A DNA stretch of 32,000 nucleotides from Candidatus Profftella armatura (GTDB lineage Bacteria; Pseudomonadota; Gammaproteobacteria; Burkholderiales; Burkholderiaceae): assembly GCF_000441555.1 (NCBI RefSeq), contig NC_021885.1, positions 360,001 through 392,000 on the forward strand. Direction: 5' to 3'. The notes below the pieces were generated by a model that saw only the letters and a list, made by a program, of their open reading frames with translations, did not search any database and had not been told where the DNA came from. The stretch's first letter is position 1. The number at the start of each line of letters is the position of its first letter. Both the position numbers and the translations under genes were made by a program. Below, piece by piece: positions 7,793-18,548 of this stretch.

Positions 7793-9256
7793 TTAATTAG
7801 TTCCTCCTACAGTAATAGAATCAATTTTTAGAGTAGGTTGACCAACTCCAACAGGTACCATTTGCCCATCTTTTCCGCATACCCCGACCCCAGGATCTAA
7901 TTTCATATCATTACCAATCATAGAAACCTTTTTTAAAATATTTGGCCCATGACCAATTAATGTTGCCCCTTTCACTGGATAAGTTATTTTACCATTTTTA
8001 ATTATGTAAGCTTTGCTGGCAGAAAATACAAATTTTCCATTTGTAATATCTACTTGTCCCCCACTAAAATTAGTGGCATATAAACCATTTTTAACAGATG
8101 AAATAATTTCTTCCGGATGAAATTTTCCATTTAACATATATGTATTAGTCATTCTTGGTATTGGTATATGAGCAAAAGATTCTCTTCTTGCGTTACCAGT
8201 AATAGACATATTCATAAGACGTGCATTCATAATATCTTGCATATATCCTTTTAAGATACCATTTTCAATAAGAGTAGTGCATTGAGTTGGATTTCCTTCA
8301 TCATCTATATTAATAGATCCTCTTCTATTTGCGAGAGTACCATTATCAACTATAGTAATTTCTTTAGAAGCTATACGTTTACCAATACAATTAGAAAAAG
8401 CACTAGATCCTTTTCTATTAAAATCTCCCTCTAACCCATGTCCAATAGCTTCGTGTAATAAAATTCCAGGCCACCCAGGACCTAATACTACTTTCATTAT
8501 ACCGGCTGGAGCAGGTTTAGCCTCCAAATTAATTAAAGCTGAATTCACTGAATTAGATACGCATTTTTCCAAAATCATATCAGTAAAATAATTATAATTA
8601 TAACGTCCTCCGCAACCACTATTACCTATTTCTCTTCTACCATTTTTCTCAACAATAATCGTAACGAATAATTGAACTAAAGGACGTATATCAGCCACAA
8701 TTAAACCATCATTTCTTGTTATCAATATAACATCATATTCTCCAGATAAATTAGCTATTACTTTTATTACACGAGGATCTTTTAAGCGTGCTATTTTTTC
8801 AACACGCTCTAATAATTTAATTTTTTCTCGTATATTTATTGATGATATTGTGTCAGTAAATGAATATAAGGAATTAATCTTTATTTTTTTGATATTCTTA
8901 ATAATTTTTATTTTTCCATTGCTTTGATTTGCAATAGATCTAGTTGATTTAACAGCATTTATCAATGTATTCTTAGAAATATCATCAGAATAAAAAAAAG
9001 CAGTTTTATCACCAGAAATAGCACGTACACCAACACCTTGATTAATGGAAAAATTTCCGGTTTTAACAATACCTTCTTCTAAAATCCAATTTTCATTTTT
9101 TGTAAATTGAAAATAAAAATCAGCATAATCAACTTTATTTTTAAACATATTTCCTAATATTTTTAATAATATTTTTTCATCTAAATCAAATGGTTCTAAT
9201 AAAATAGAACGAGCAATATTAAGAGGATGTATGTTTTTTTCTATTATGTGAATCAT
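7793..9256 (-). CDS. tldD: metalloprotease TldD
   Basis: 487-aa ORF with YADFYFQ near the N-terminus, the HEAIGHGLEGD zinc-binding motif and the C-terminal GxCGKDGQxVPVGxGxPT segment typical of TldD. No pmbA/tldE partner is present in the window. Confidence 0.95.
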   Translation of the reverse strand: MIHIIEKNIHPLNIARSILLEPFDLDEKILLKILGNMFKNKVDYADFYFQFTKNENWILEEGIVKTGNFSINQGVGVRAISGDKTAFFYSDDISKNTLINAVKSTRSIANQSNGKIKIIKNIKKIKINSLYSFTDTISSINIREKIKLLERVEKIARLKDPRVIKVIANLSGEYDVILITRNDGLIVADIRPLVQLFVTIIVEKNGRREIGNSGCGGRYNYNYFTDMILEKCVSNSVNSALINLEAKPAPAGIMKVVLGPGWPGILLHEAIGHGLEGDFNRKGSSAFSNCIGKRIASKEITIVDNGTLANRRGSINIDDEGNPTQCTTLIENGILKGYMQDIMNARLMNMSITGNARRESFAHIPIPRMTNTYMLNGKFHPEEIISSVKNGLYATNFSGGQVDITNGKFVFSASKAYIIKNGKITYPVKGATLIGHGPNILKKVSMIGNDMKLDPGVGVCGKDGQMVPVGVGQPTLKIDSITVGGTN

Positions 9257-9367
9257 AATTATTAAATTTTCATGTATTAAATAATATTATATTAACTTAA
9301 AATACATATTTATATTCATTTTTATAAAATTTTAATTTCAAAATTAATTATATTCTTATATTTTATT

Positions 9368-10306
9368 TTATATAGTATTACTATATTTTAAACTTAACAT
9401 ACGGGAAATTAAAATACAATTTTTAACTTGATTAATAATCGTAGAAGGAATAGGAAGCTTATTATCTAATACAGATTGTATCCACAATACATTATCATTA
9501 ATATTACTATTTTTTGGGAAAGATATTTCTTTATTTTGTTCTTTCGTAAGTTTAGTATATTTATTATCATGAAACCAATGTATTATCTGTTTAGAATTAC
9601 GTATATTGGGTATAACTTCTCCTTCCGTTCCTTGCATTAAAAATATATCGCCCAATGATTTTTCATTATAAAAATAATCACTTAATATTTTTAAATATTC
9701 TGGATGAGTATAGGAAACAAGTCTTAATGCAGGTATTGATAAAGGTTGAATAATTTTAACTAATAAATGAGATGAATTACGAATACCAAGCATATAATAT
9801 ATTTCTAATAATTTTGACAATTCTGGAATTAAAATACTAATATCCATAAAAACTAAACGTTTTAATTTTAAATATTTTATTGCTTTTTTTTTAGAAGAAA
9901 CAGCAAAATATCCTAATTTTTTTAAAATTTCATAAGTAGTTATTCGTCCAAAGTTTTTTTTTATTCCGTGAATAAAAACTGGTATCCCTTTTTTACTTAA
10001 TAATAAAGCTAATAATGGTATTACATTCATAAAACGTCGTGAACCATTATAACTAGGAATAATAATTGGAGCATATTTACTAATAGGAATTTCTAAAGGA
10101 ATAAATAAAGAATTAATTGCATTCAAAAAACCACTGATTTCCTCAACTGATTCTCCTTTAATTCGCATTGCTAATAAAAAAGCACCTAATTCTATATCAG
10201 ATAATTTACCTTTTAAAATAATATTATACAACAATTCAGCATTTTTAAATGATAAATTATAAGAACTTTTTTTATGTCTTTTTATTTTTTTAATAAAATT
10301 AGTCAA
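9368..10306 (-). CDS. ybiB: YbiB / TrpD2-family protein (anthranilate phosphoribosyltransferase-like nucleic-acid-binding protein)
   Basis: 312-aa ORF colinear with E. coli YbiB as I recall it (DIELGAFLLAMRIKGES, IIPSYNGSRR, GIRNSSHLLVKI, LVSYTHPEYL, LMQGTEGEV). It lacks the sequence context of a genuine TrpD in a trp operon. Confidence 0.75.
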   Translation of the reverse strand: MTNFIKKIKRHKKSSYNLSFKNAELLYNIILKGKLSDIELGAFLLAMRIKGESVEEISGFLNAINSLFIPLEIPISKYAPIIIPSYNGSRRFMNVIPLLALLLSKKGIPVFIHGIKKNFGRITTYEILKKLGYFAVSSKKKAIKYLKLKRLVFMDISILIPELSKLLEIYYMLGIRNSSHLLVKIIQPLSIPALRLVSYTHPEYLKILSDYFYNEKSLGDIFLMQGTEGEVIPNIRNSKQIIHWFHDNKYTKLTKEQNKEISFPKNSNINDNVLWIQSVLDNKLPIPSTIINQVKNCILISRMLSLKYSNTI

Positions 10307-10420
10307 TATAGATTTATTTTGAGTATTATAAATAATTTTGTCCTTTTAAGTTATTTTTAAATGAAATTTAAATTTTATAAAACAGTAAAAATATATAATA
10401 CTAATAATTAAGAATATTAA

Positions 10421-13400
10421 TTAAGAATATTCAATTATTGCATTATATAATCCTAAATTAATAAGAGCTAATTTTAAATCATCAATTGGTTGTACCTTAT
10501 AATTTAATGGAAATTTCATTTCATATTTTATACTTTTATTTATACAATAATATAATACAAAAGGTAAACCATTTTTACATTTAAATCTTAATAAAATTTT
10601 TTTTAAAATAGAAATATTAAATGTTCTATTAAACATAACAGAAAATTTTTTTCCATATAGAATTCGTGCCATATTAATATCAAAAATTTTTTCAGCATTA
10701 ATTCGTATATTTTTTAAAAAACGATCTTCTAATACTTTACCTGATACTATTAATAGCTCATTCTCCTTGAGAATATTTTTATTTTTTTCATATAATTGAT
10801 TATTAATTATCACTTCAACAGAATTACTATTATCATCTATGACAATAATTAATATTTTTCCTCGATAAGTAGTTTTTAATTTAAGTTCTGTAATAATACC
10901 AGATACTGTACATGAATATGTAGGTTTTAATTCTGATAGATAAATAGGTATAAATTGACGAATTTCAGTTTCATAAATACAAAATATATGCTCAGATAAA
11001 CAAAAACCTAAAACTTTTTTTTCTTCTATAAGTTCTTGTTTTTTACTCCAAGAAGGGACTTTTACATAATTTAAATATTCTTTTAAATTATTATTATCAT
11101 CATTTTTAAATAAACTTAACTGATTTATAAATTTTTTAGTTTTTTCAGCATTTTTTAATGCTAAATCAATAGATGCTACAAGCATATATCGTTTTTCATT
11201 AAAACAATCAAATGCACCTGAATTTATAAGTGAGTTAATAATACGACGATTTATATACTTTTTATCAATTCTTTTAGTAAAATCAAATAAATTAGTAAAA
11301 AATCCAAATTTTCTTTCAGTAACAATAGCTTCAATTGTACTTTTTCCAGTTCCTTTAATTGCCCCTAAACCATAACGTATTTTTTTATGCTTTCCATCTG
11401 ATTCAATTATTGGAAAAAAATAATATTTTGATAAATTAATATTAGGAGGCAAAATACTTAAACCACAAGTTTTAATTGCATCTTTTACTAAAATTTTAAT
11501 TTTATTTGTATCATCCATAGAAAGAGATAAATTTGCAGCCATAAAAAAAGAAGAATAATGTGTTTTTAAATATGCTGTATAATATGATAATAAAGCATAA
11601 GCAGTAGCATGAGATTTATTAAAACCATATCCAGCAAATTTTTCTATTTCATTAAAAATTTCATTAGCTTTATGTTTGCTTAATCCATATTTTATGGCGC
11701 CATTTTGAAAAAATTTACGATGTTCTATCATTTCTGATGTTTTCTTTTTTCCTATTGCTCTTCTCAATAAATCAGCTTGTCCTAATGAATAACCTCCAAG
11801 TATTTGAGCAATTTGCATTACTTGTTCTTGATATACCATAATACCATAAGTTTCAGATAAAACATCTTTAGTACGAGGATCCGGATAATTAAAATATTCA
11901 CCATGTTTTCGTCTACAAAAATTTTTTATTAAATCCATTGGACCTGGTCTATATAAAGAAATTAAAGCAATAATTTCTTCAAAATAATCTGGCTTCGCTT
12001 CTTTTAGCATATTTTTCATACCTTGACTTTCAAGTTGAAAAACAGCAACAGTATTTGCTTTTTTTAAAAGATTATATGTATCTTTATCATTTAATGGTAA
12101 TTTATTTAAACTAAAATTAGTTGTTTTTGTATTTATTTTTTTTATAAAATAAATAGTTTTATCAAGAATAGATAAAGTAGTCAAACCTAAAAAATCAAAT
12201 TTAATAAGCCCTATTTCCTCAATATCATCTTTATCATATTGAGAAATTATTCCAGTCATCCCTTCTTGTTTATATAAAGGACAAAAATTAATTAATTTAC
12301 TTGGTGCAATTAAAACCCCTCCCGCATGCATTCCTACATTTCTAATAATACCTTCTACTTGTTTCGCTAATTCAATTAATTGTCTAACTTCTTCTTCATT
12401 TTTTATTCTTTCTGCTAGTTGAGGTTCTTCTTTTATAGCATTAGATAAAGTTATTAATTTTCCTGGTTTAAATGGAATTAATTTTGAAATACTATCGCAA
12501 AAACTGTATCTCAAATCAAGAACACGGCCAACATCACGTATCGCTCCTTTTGCAGCCATCGTACCAAAAGTTACAATTTGAGAAACCGCATCTTTACCAT
12601 AACGATCCTTAACATATTGTATCACACGATCACGACCTTCTGGACAAAAATCAATATCAAAATCCGGCATAGATATTCTATTTGGATTTAAGAATCGCTC
12701 AAAAAGTAAATTATAAGAAAGTGGGTCTATATCAGTAATTGATAATGAATAAGCAACTAAAGAACTAGCACCAGATCCACGACCAGGACCAACTGGAATA
12801 GAATTATTTTTTGCCCATTGAATAAAATCAGATACAATCAAGAAATATCCAGAAAAATTCATTTTAATAATAGTTTCAATTTCAAATTGAAGACGCTTTT
12901 TATAACGTAATTTTTCGCATTTATATATTTCAGGATCTTTATATAAATTTAATAAACGTTTTTTTAAACCATGTTTAGATTTTGAAATTAAAAAATCATT
13001 AATATTTATATTTTTTGGTGTTGGAAATTTAGGTAATTTTGGTTTACCAAATTCTAACTTTAAATTACAGCGTTTAGCAATTTCTATAGTATTTTGTATT
13101 GCACTTGGAATATCATAAAATAACTTAATCATCTCAGATTGAGTTTTAAAATTTTGTTCCTTAGTAAATTTTTTGATACGTTTAGTGTTAGATAAAATTT
13201 CTCCTTCTGCGATACATGTACGAACTTCATGAGCTAAAAATTCTGTTTTTTTTAAAAATTGAATTGGATGTGTGGCAACTATAGGTAAATTAATATTAGA
13301 TGCAATATTAATGAATTGTTGAATTTGAAAATTCATATTAGGCTGTTTAAATCTTTGAATTTCAATATAAAAATTATCCGGAAAAATTTTAGACCATCTA

Positions 13401-13870
13401 CGCGCAAAATTTTCCGCAATATCATTTCTACCATTTTGAACAGCGATTCCAATATCCCCAAGATGAGCTCCAGATAAAGCTATTAAACCATCTTGATATT
13501 TATTTTTTTCTAGCCATTCTATACGAATTTCAGCACGACCATAATTTATATTTTCTATATATGCCTTTGATAATAATTCACATAATTGTAAATAACCATT
13601 ATTGTTTTTAACAAGCAATAATAAGCGACTAGGTTTCTTATTTTCAATTTCGTTAGTAATCCAAACATCACAACCAATTATTGGTTTAATACCCTTATTA
13701 TAAGCTGATTTATAAAATTTTATTATACCAAATAAATTAGATAAATCAGTAATTGCTAAAGCTGGCTGATAATCATTTGCAGCGGCTTCTATAACATCAT
13801 TAATTCTTAATAATCCATCAATAATTGAATATTCAGAATGGAGACGAAGATGAATAAATTGAGGAATCAT
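10421..13870 (-). CDS. dnaE: DNA polymerase III alpha subunit
   Basis: 1149-aa ORF with an N-terminal PHP domain (FIHLRLHSEYSIIDG), the polymerase core (PDFDIDF, GRVLD, KFDFLGL, FNKSHATAYA) and a C-terminal OB-fold region. The length is close to E. coli DnaE. Confidence 0.98.
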   Translation of the reverse strand: MIPQFIHLRLHSEYSIIDGLLRINDVIEAAANDYQPALAITDLSNLFGIIKFYKSAYNKGIKPIIGCDVWITNEIENKKPSRLLLLVKNNNGYLQLCELLSKAYIENINYGRAEIRIEWLEKNKYQDGLIALSGAHLGDIGIAVQNGRNDIAENFARRWSKIFPDNFYIEIQRFKQPNMNFQIQQFINIASNINLPIVATHPIQFLKKTEFLAHEVRTCIAEGEILSNTKRIKKFTKEQNFKTQSEMIKLFYDIPSAIQNTIEIAKRCNLKLEFGKPKLPKFPTPKNININDFLISKSKHGLKKRLLNLYKDPEIYKCEKLRYKKRLQFEIETIIKMNFSGYFLIVSDFIQWAKNNSIPVGPGRGSGASSLVAYSLSITDIDPLSYNLLFERFLNPNRISMPDFDIDFCPEGRDRVIQYVKDRYGKDAVSQIVTFGTMAAKGAIRDVGRVLDLRYSFCDSISKLIPFKPGKLITLSNAIKEEPQLAERIKNEEEVRQLIELAKQVEGIIRNVGMHAGGVLIAPSKLINFCPLYKQEGMTGIISQYDKDDIEEIGLIKFDFLGLTTLSILDKTIYFIKKINTKTTNFSLNKLPLNDKDTYNLLKKANTVAVFQLESQGMKNMLKEAKPDYFEEIIALISLYRPGPMDLIKNFCRRKHGEYFNYPDPRTKDVLSETYGIMVYQEQVMQIAQILGGYSLGQADLLRRAIGKKKTSEMIEHRKFFQNGAIKYGLSKHKANEIFNEIEKFAGYGFNKSHATAYALLSYYTAYLKTHYSSFFMAANLSLSMDDTNKIKILVKDAIKTCGLSILPPNINLSKYYFFPIIESDGKHKKIRYGLGAIKGTGKSTIEAIVTERKFGFFTNLFDFTKRIDKKYINRRIINSLINSGAFDCFNEKRYMLVASIDLALKNAEKTKKFINQLSLFKNDDNNNLKEYLNYVKVPSWSKKQELIEEKKVLGFCLSEHIFCIYETEIRQFIPIYLSELKPTYSCTVSGIITELKLKTTYRGKILIIVIDDNSNSVEVIINNQLYEKNKNILKENELLIVSGKVLEDRFLKNIRINAEKIFDINMARILYGKKFSVMFNRTFNISILKKILLRFKCKNGLPFVLYYCINKSIKYEMKFPLNYKVQPIDDLKLALINLGLYNAIIEYS

Positions 13871-14417
13871 TTTATATTCTATACTAAATTTATAAATTAT
13901 TATATTAATTTTAAAAATAATATTTCATTCTTATTGGCTAAATAATTAAATTATTTTAAATCTAATAAAAATAAAAGTTTTATTTTTAGTATCTCTTAAA
14001 AAATGTAATTATAAAAAAATTTTTATAATATTTTTTTAAATTAACAAATTATTAATAAGTATTAAATAATTTAGTATAAATTGTCAATTTGATAACAATA
14101 TAACGCTAAAAACTATAATTTTCAAAAAATTTTTTATTAAATTTATTATTAAATATAAAATATATAAATATAATTGAATTTATTATATGAAGAATCTTAT
14201 ATAAATACTTAATTTAAAACACTATCGAAAATTTTTAACTAAACAAGTTTAACTTAAATTTTAAAATAAAATAAAATATCGTATGAATAAATTATATTTA
14301 TATAAATTAAAAATATAAATATAAAAAAATGTATTTTTAAAAAATTTTTATAAATAAAATATAAATAAATTTTGCATCTCAAATAAAATTTATAAAAATT
14401 AAAATGGAGTTTATAAA

Positions 14418-16232
14418 ATGTATAAAATATTCGAAAAAATACTATATCCTTTCCCAAATATATTAATAAAACCTCCGCCATATAAATTAATATCATTTAT
14501 TTTAAAATGTATATATGGTGTACGTAAATATATTTTATTAGTAATTTTTTTTACTACTTTAACTGGCACATTTGAAGCTTTATTATTTGCTGCTATGGGA
14601 AAAATTATAGATTTATTAAGTAATATAAAACCATCACTTCTTTGGAAAAATTACAGTAGTTATATATTATTATTAGGGTTTATACTAATAAGTAGTACGG
14701 TTTTTGTTGGTTTACAGACATTATTTAAACATCAAGTATTATCTGGAAATTTTCCAATGTTATTGAGATGGAATTTTCATAGACTTATATTAAATCAAAG
14801 TATCAATTTTTTTCAAGAAGAATTTGCTGGAAGAATTGCAACAAAAGTAATGCAAACTTCTATAGCAATAAGAGATATATTTGTTATTATAGGTGATATT
14901 CTAGTTTTTATAACAATATATATTGTTACTATATTAACAATAATAGGAACATTTAATGTTTATATGCTTTTTCCATTTGTTATATGGATTAGTGCTTATA
15001 TTTATACATTAATATATTTTATACCTCGTTTAAATAAAACAGCAGAATCACAGGCAACTGCACGTTCATTAATGACAGGTCGAATTACTGATGCTTATGC
15101 TAATATCATGACTGTAAAATTATTTTCTCACGCTGGACGTGAGGCTAATTATGCACGATTTGCCATGATTGATTTTTTAAAAAAAATATATCAACAAATG
15201 CGCCTAATTAGTAGTTTTGAAATTATAAACCATTTATTAGCAATGTTATTAATTCTTGGTACAACAGGATGCGCGTTATTTTTATGGACAAAAGGTATTT
15301 TAGGTATTGGTGCAGTTGCCGCGGCAACTGCAATGTCACTTCGTTTAAATGGTATATCACATTGGGTAATGTGGGAAATAGCAGCTCTTTTTGAAAGTAT
15401 TGGTACGATACAAGACGGGATGAATATGCTTTCAAAAAAATATAAAATAGTAGATAATTACAATGCAAAAAGATTAGTAGTTACAAATGGAAAAATTTTC
15501 TTCAAAAATGTAAGCTTTTCTTATGATCAAAAACATTTAATAATAAATAATTTATCATTAACCATTCAACCTGGAGAAAAAATTGGATTAGTAGGTCGCT
15601 CTGGAGCTGGAAAATCAACTATTAATAATCTTTTATTACGTTTTTATGATATAAAATATGGAGAAATTTTAATTGATGGACAAAATATTTCAAATGTATC
15701 ACAGGAAAGCTTACGAGAACAAATAGGAATGGTAACACAAGATACTTCATTATTACATCGCTCTATACGAGATAATATTTTATATGGTCGTCCTGATGCC
15801 AGTGAATGTGAGTTATTTAATGCAGCAAAATGCGCGGAAGCTGATATTTTCATTAAATCTTTAACTGACGAACATGGACGAAAAGGTTATGATGCTCATG
15901 TAGGGGAACATGGAATTAAATTATCCGGAGGACAACGTCAAAGAATTGCAATTGCTCGCGTTATATTAAAAAATGCACCAATTTTATTACTTGATGAGGC
16001 TACTAGTGCACTTGATTCAGAGGCAGAAATTGCTATTCAAAAAAGTTTATATAATTTAATGAAAGGAAAAACAGTAATTGCTATAGCACATAGATTATCT
16101 ACTATTTCCGCAATGGATAGATTAATAGTATTAGATAATGGCTGCGTAGCAGAAGAAGGATCTCATTTAGATTTATTAAAAAAAAATGGTTTATATTCAC
16201 GTTTATGGAGACATCAAAACAAAAATTTTTAA
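14418..16232 (+). CDS. ABC transporter, fused permease/ATPase (exporter type, substrate unknown)
   Basis: 604-aa ORF with an N-terminal multi-helix hydrophobic domain followed by an NBD carrying Walker A GRSGAGKST, Q-loop, signature LSGGQRQRIAIAR, Walker B LLLDEATSALD and an H-loop (IAHRLS). A GGAG Shine-Dalgarno lies about 9 nt upstream of the ATG. Confidence 0.9.
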   Translation: MYKIFEKILYPFPNILIKPPPYKLISFILKCIYGVRKYILLVIFFTTLTGTFEALLFAAMGKIIDLLSNIKPSLLWKNYSSYILLLGFILISSTVFVGLQTLFKHQVLSGNFPMLLRWNFHRLILNQSINFFQEEFAGRIATKVMQTSIAIRDIFVIIGDILVFITIYIVTILTIIGTFNVYMLFPFVIWISAYIYTLIYFIPRLNKTAESQATARSLMTGRITDAYANIMTVKLFSHAGREANYARFAMIDFLKKIYQQMRLISSFEIINHLLAMLLILGTTGCALFLWTKGILGIGAVAAATAMSLRLNGISHWVMWEIAALFESIGTIQDGMNMLSKKYKIVDNYNAKRLVVTNGKIFFKNVSFSYDQKHLIINNLSLTIQPGEKIGLVGRSGAGKSTINNLLLRFYDIKYGEILIDGQNISNVSQESLREQIGMVTQDTSLLHRSIRDNILYGRPDASECELFNAAKCAEADIFIKSLTDEHGRKGYDAHVGEHGIKLSGGQRQRIAIARVILKNAPILLLDEATSALDSEAEIAIQKSLYNLMKGKTVIAIAHRLSTISAMDRLIVLDNGCVAEEGSHLDLLKKNGLYSRLWRHQNKNF

Positions 16233-16289
16233 AAAAATAAAAAATCTTAATATTTAATATAAAATTTTTTTATAAAAATAAACATATTT

Positions 16290-18203
16290 TTATTTTTTTA
16301 TAAAATTTTTTAAAAAACCACTTTTTAAATAAATTAATAACAATGTCAATGCGGCCGGTGTTACTCCAGATATTCTTGATGCTTGCCCAATAGTTTCTGG
16401 TTTATATTTATTTAATTTTTGACGAGCCTCTATTGATAGAGATTGTATTTTCATATAATCTAAATTATGTGGTAATTTTAAATTTTCATTAATTTTATTT
16501 TTTTCTACTTCATTTATTTGTCGAAGGATATAACCCTCATATTGTAATTGTATTTTAAGCTGTTTTTTAATATCTTCTTGATAAATTTCTGTATTATATA
16601 AATTTTTACCATTAATTCCTTTTAATGATGTTAATGTATTATAATTAACATTAGGCCAAGTTAATAAATTAGACAAAGAATATTCATGTTTTATTCTTTT
16701 TCCTAATACACGTTCAGATTCTCCTGTATTAAGAATACTTGGATTAATCCATGTATCCTTTAATCTTTGTAATTCTTTTGTAATTATTTCTCTTTTTTTT
16801 TCAAATATCTTCCATTGTTTATAACTAACACATCCTAATTTCCACCCTATTTCTGTAAGACGTAAATCCGCATTATCTTCACGTAAATTTAAACGATATT
16901 CTGCGCGACTAGTAAACATACGATAAGGTTCTTGAATACCTTTAGTAATTAAATCATCAACTAATACACCTAAATATGCTTGATCACGACCAGGTATCCA
17001 AGGATCGCGGTCTTGAGAAAATAAAGCCGCATTTAATCCTGCTAATAAACCTTGAGACGCTGCTTCTTCATATCCAGTAGTACCATTTATTTGGCCAGCA
17101 AAAAATAAACCATGAATTTGTTTGGTTTCTAGTGATGATTTTAAATTACATGGATTAAAATAATCATATTCTATTGCGTATCCTGGTCGTATAATATTAG
17201 CGTTTTTCATTCCATCTATTGATTGCACTAATTCTATTTGAGCCTCAAAAGGAAGACTGGTTGATATCCCATTTGGGTAATATTCATTGATAACAATACC
17301 TTCTGGCTCTAAAAATATATGATGAGATTTTTTTTTCGGAAAACGATATACTTTATCTTCGATAGATGGACAATAACGTGGACCAATAGACTCTATTTTT
17401 CCTGAAAAAATTGGGCTATTTTTGAATTCAGATCGAATAATATTATGTGTTTTTTCATTAGTATGAGTAATAAAGCATGATAATTGTTTTGGGTGCAAAT
17501 TAATATTTCCAAGCACAGAAAATACCGGAACAGGATCAAAATCCCCTATTTGTTCTTCCATTTTTGAAAAATCAATAGTTCTTTTATCAATTCTGGGTGG
17601 TGTACCAGTTTTTAATCTACCATGAGATAACTGTAATTCTTTTAAACGCTTCGCTAACGAAGTAGTTGAAAAATCTCCAAAACGACCAGCAGAATAACTT
17701 TTTAAACCAATATGAATTTTTCCATTAAGAAATGTACCAGTAGTTAAAATTACTGTTTTGCTAAAAAATTTTATACCAATTTTAGTAACAACACCTAAAA
17801 TTTTATTTGTTTTAATTATTAAATCATCAACCTCTTCTTGAAATAAATAAAGATTTAATTGATTTTCTAAATAAAAACGTATAGCTTGTTTATATAAAAT
17901 TCTATCTACTTGTGCGCGAGTTGCTCTTACCGCGGCTCCTTTTGAAGAATTTAAAATACGAAATTGAATTCCTGATTTATCAGTCGCAATTGCCATTATA
18001 CCCCCCATTGCATCTATCTCTTTAACTAAATGACTTTTACCTATCCCCCCAATTGAGGGATTACAAGACATTTGTCCTATTGTGTCAATATTATGAGACA
18101 ATAATAAAGTTTTCTGCCCCATACGCGCAGAAACAAGAGCAGCTTCCGTTCCTGCGTGCCCTCCTCCAACAACAATTACATCAAATTTTGATTTAAATAA
18201 CAT
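16290..18203 (-). CDS. mnmG: tRNA uridine-5-carboxymethylaminomethyl(34) synthesis enzyme MnmG (GidA)
   Basis: 637-aa ORF with the FAD-binding N-terminus [39 protein letters not shown] and [16 protein letters not shown]. It is full length relative to E. coli MnmG. Confidence 0.98.
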   Translation of the reverse strand: MLFKSKFDVIVVGGGHAGTEAALVSARMGQKTLLLSHNIDTIGQMSCNPSIGGIGKSHLVKEIDAMGGIMAIATDKSGIQFRILNSSKGAAVRATRAQVDRILYKQAIRFYLENQLNLYLFQEEVDDLIIKTNKILGVVTKIGIKFFSKTVILTTGTFLNGKIHIGLKSYSAGRFGDFSTTSLAKRLKELQLSHGRLKTGTPPRIDKRTIDFSKMEEQIGDFDPVPVFSVLGNINLHPKQLSCFITHTNEKTHNIIRSEFKNSPIFSGKIESIGPRYCPSIEDKVYRFPKKKSHHIFLEPEGIVINEYYPNGISTSLPFEAQIELVQSIDGMKNANIIRPGYAIEYDYFNPCNLKSSLETKQIHGLFFAGQINGTTGYEEAASQGLLAGLNAALFSQDRDPWIPGRDQAYLGVLVDDLITKGIQEPYRMFTSRAEYRLNLREDNADLRLTEIGWKLGCVSYKQWKIFEKKREIITKELQRLKDTWINPSILNTGESERVLGKRIKHEYSLSNLLTWPNVNYNTLTSLKGINGKNLYNTEIYQEDIKKQLKIQLQYEGYILRQINEVEKNKINENLKLPHNLDYMKIQSLSIEARQKLNKYKPETIGQASRISGVTPAALTLLLIYLKSGFLKNFIKK

Positions 18204-18369
18204 AAAAATAAATAAATTTAATTTTAAAAGTTTTAATTTTATTACTAAAAAAGATTTTATTCTTTCAATATAAAATATTTATTAATTATAAAATATTTTT
18301 AAAAAAAATATATAATAGAATAAAATGTATATTTTACAACTGTTAAAGTTTATAAAATTGGATTTTTAA

Positions 18370-18504
18370 ATGAAACGTACTTATCAACCTTCTATTATAT
18401 GTCGTAAACGTACGCATGGATTTCGTTCACGAATTACAACTCGTGCTGGTCGTATTATTATTAATTCACGTCGACGTAAAGGTAGAAAAAAGTTAACGAT
18501 ATAA
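18370..18504 (+). CDS. rpmH: 50S ribosomal protein L34
   Basis: 44-aa ORF below the track cutoff: [44 protein letters not shown]. This is the canonical L34 sequence, and it heads the conserved rpmH-rnpA-yidC-mnmE cluster. Confidence 0.95.
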   Translation: MKRTYQPSIICRKRTHGFRSRITTRAGRIIINSRRRKGRKKLTI

Positions 18505-18548
18505 AAATATAAAAAATATATTTTGTAAAATTTTATAAATTATTTAAA

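Noticed and set aside
14254-14496. 80-aa minus-strand ORF spanning the dnaE/ABC spacer
   Set aside because: The composition is extremely low-complexity (I/F/Y/K). It overlaps the start of the ABC transporter gene and shows nothing protein-like, so it is an artefact of AT-rich sequence lacking stops.
15223-15853. 81-aa and 69-aa ORFs antisense to the ABC transporter gene
   Set aside because: They are shadow ORFs within a CDS that carries complete ABC ATPase motifs on the plus strand.
18204-18369. oriC in the mnmG-rpmH spacer
   Set aside because: Reading both strands, I found no 9-mer close to TTATCCACA/TGTGGATAA; the best candidates carry three or more mismatches. The spacer is only 166 bp. 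It is kept as a synteny observation, not called as an origin.
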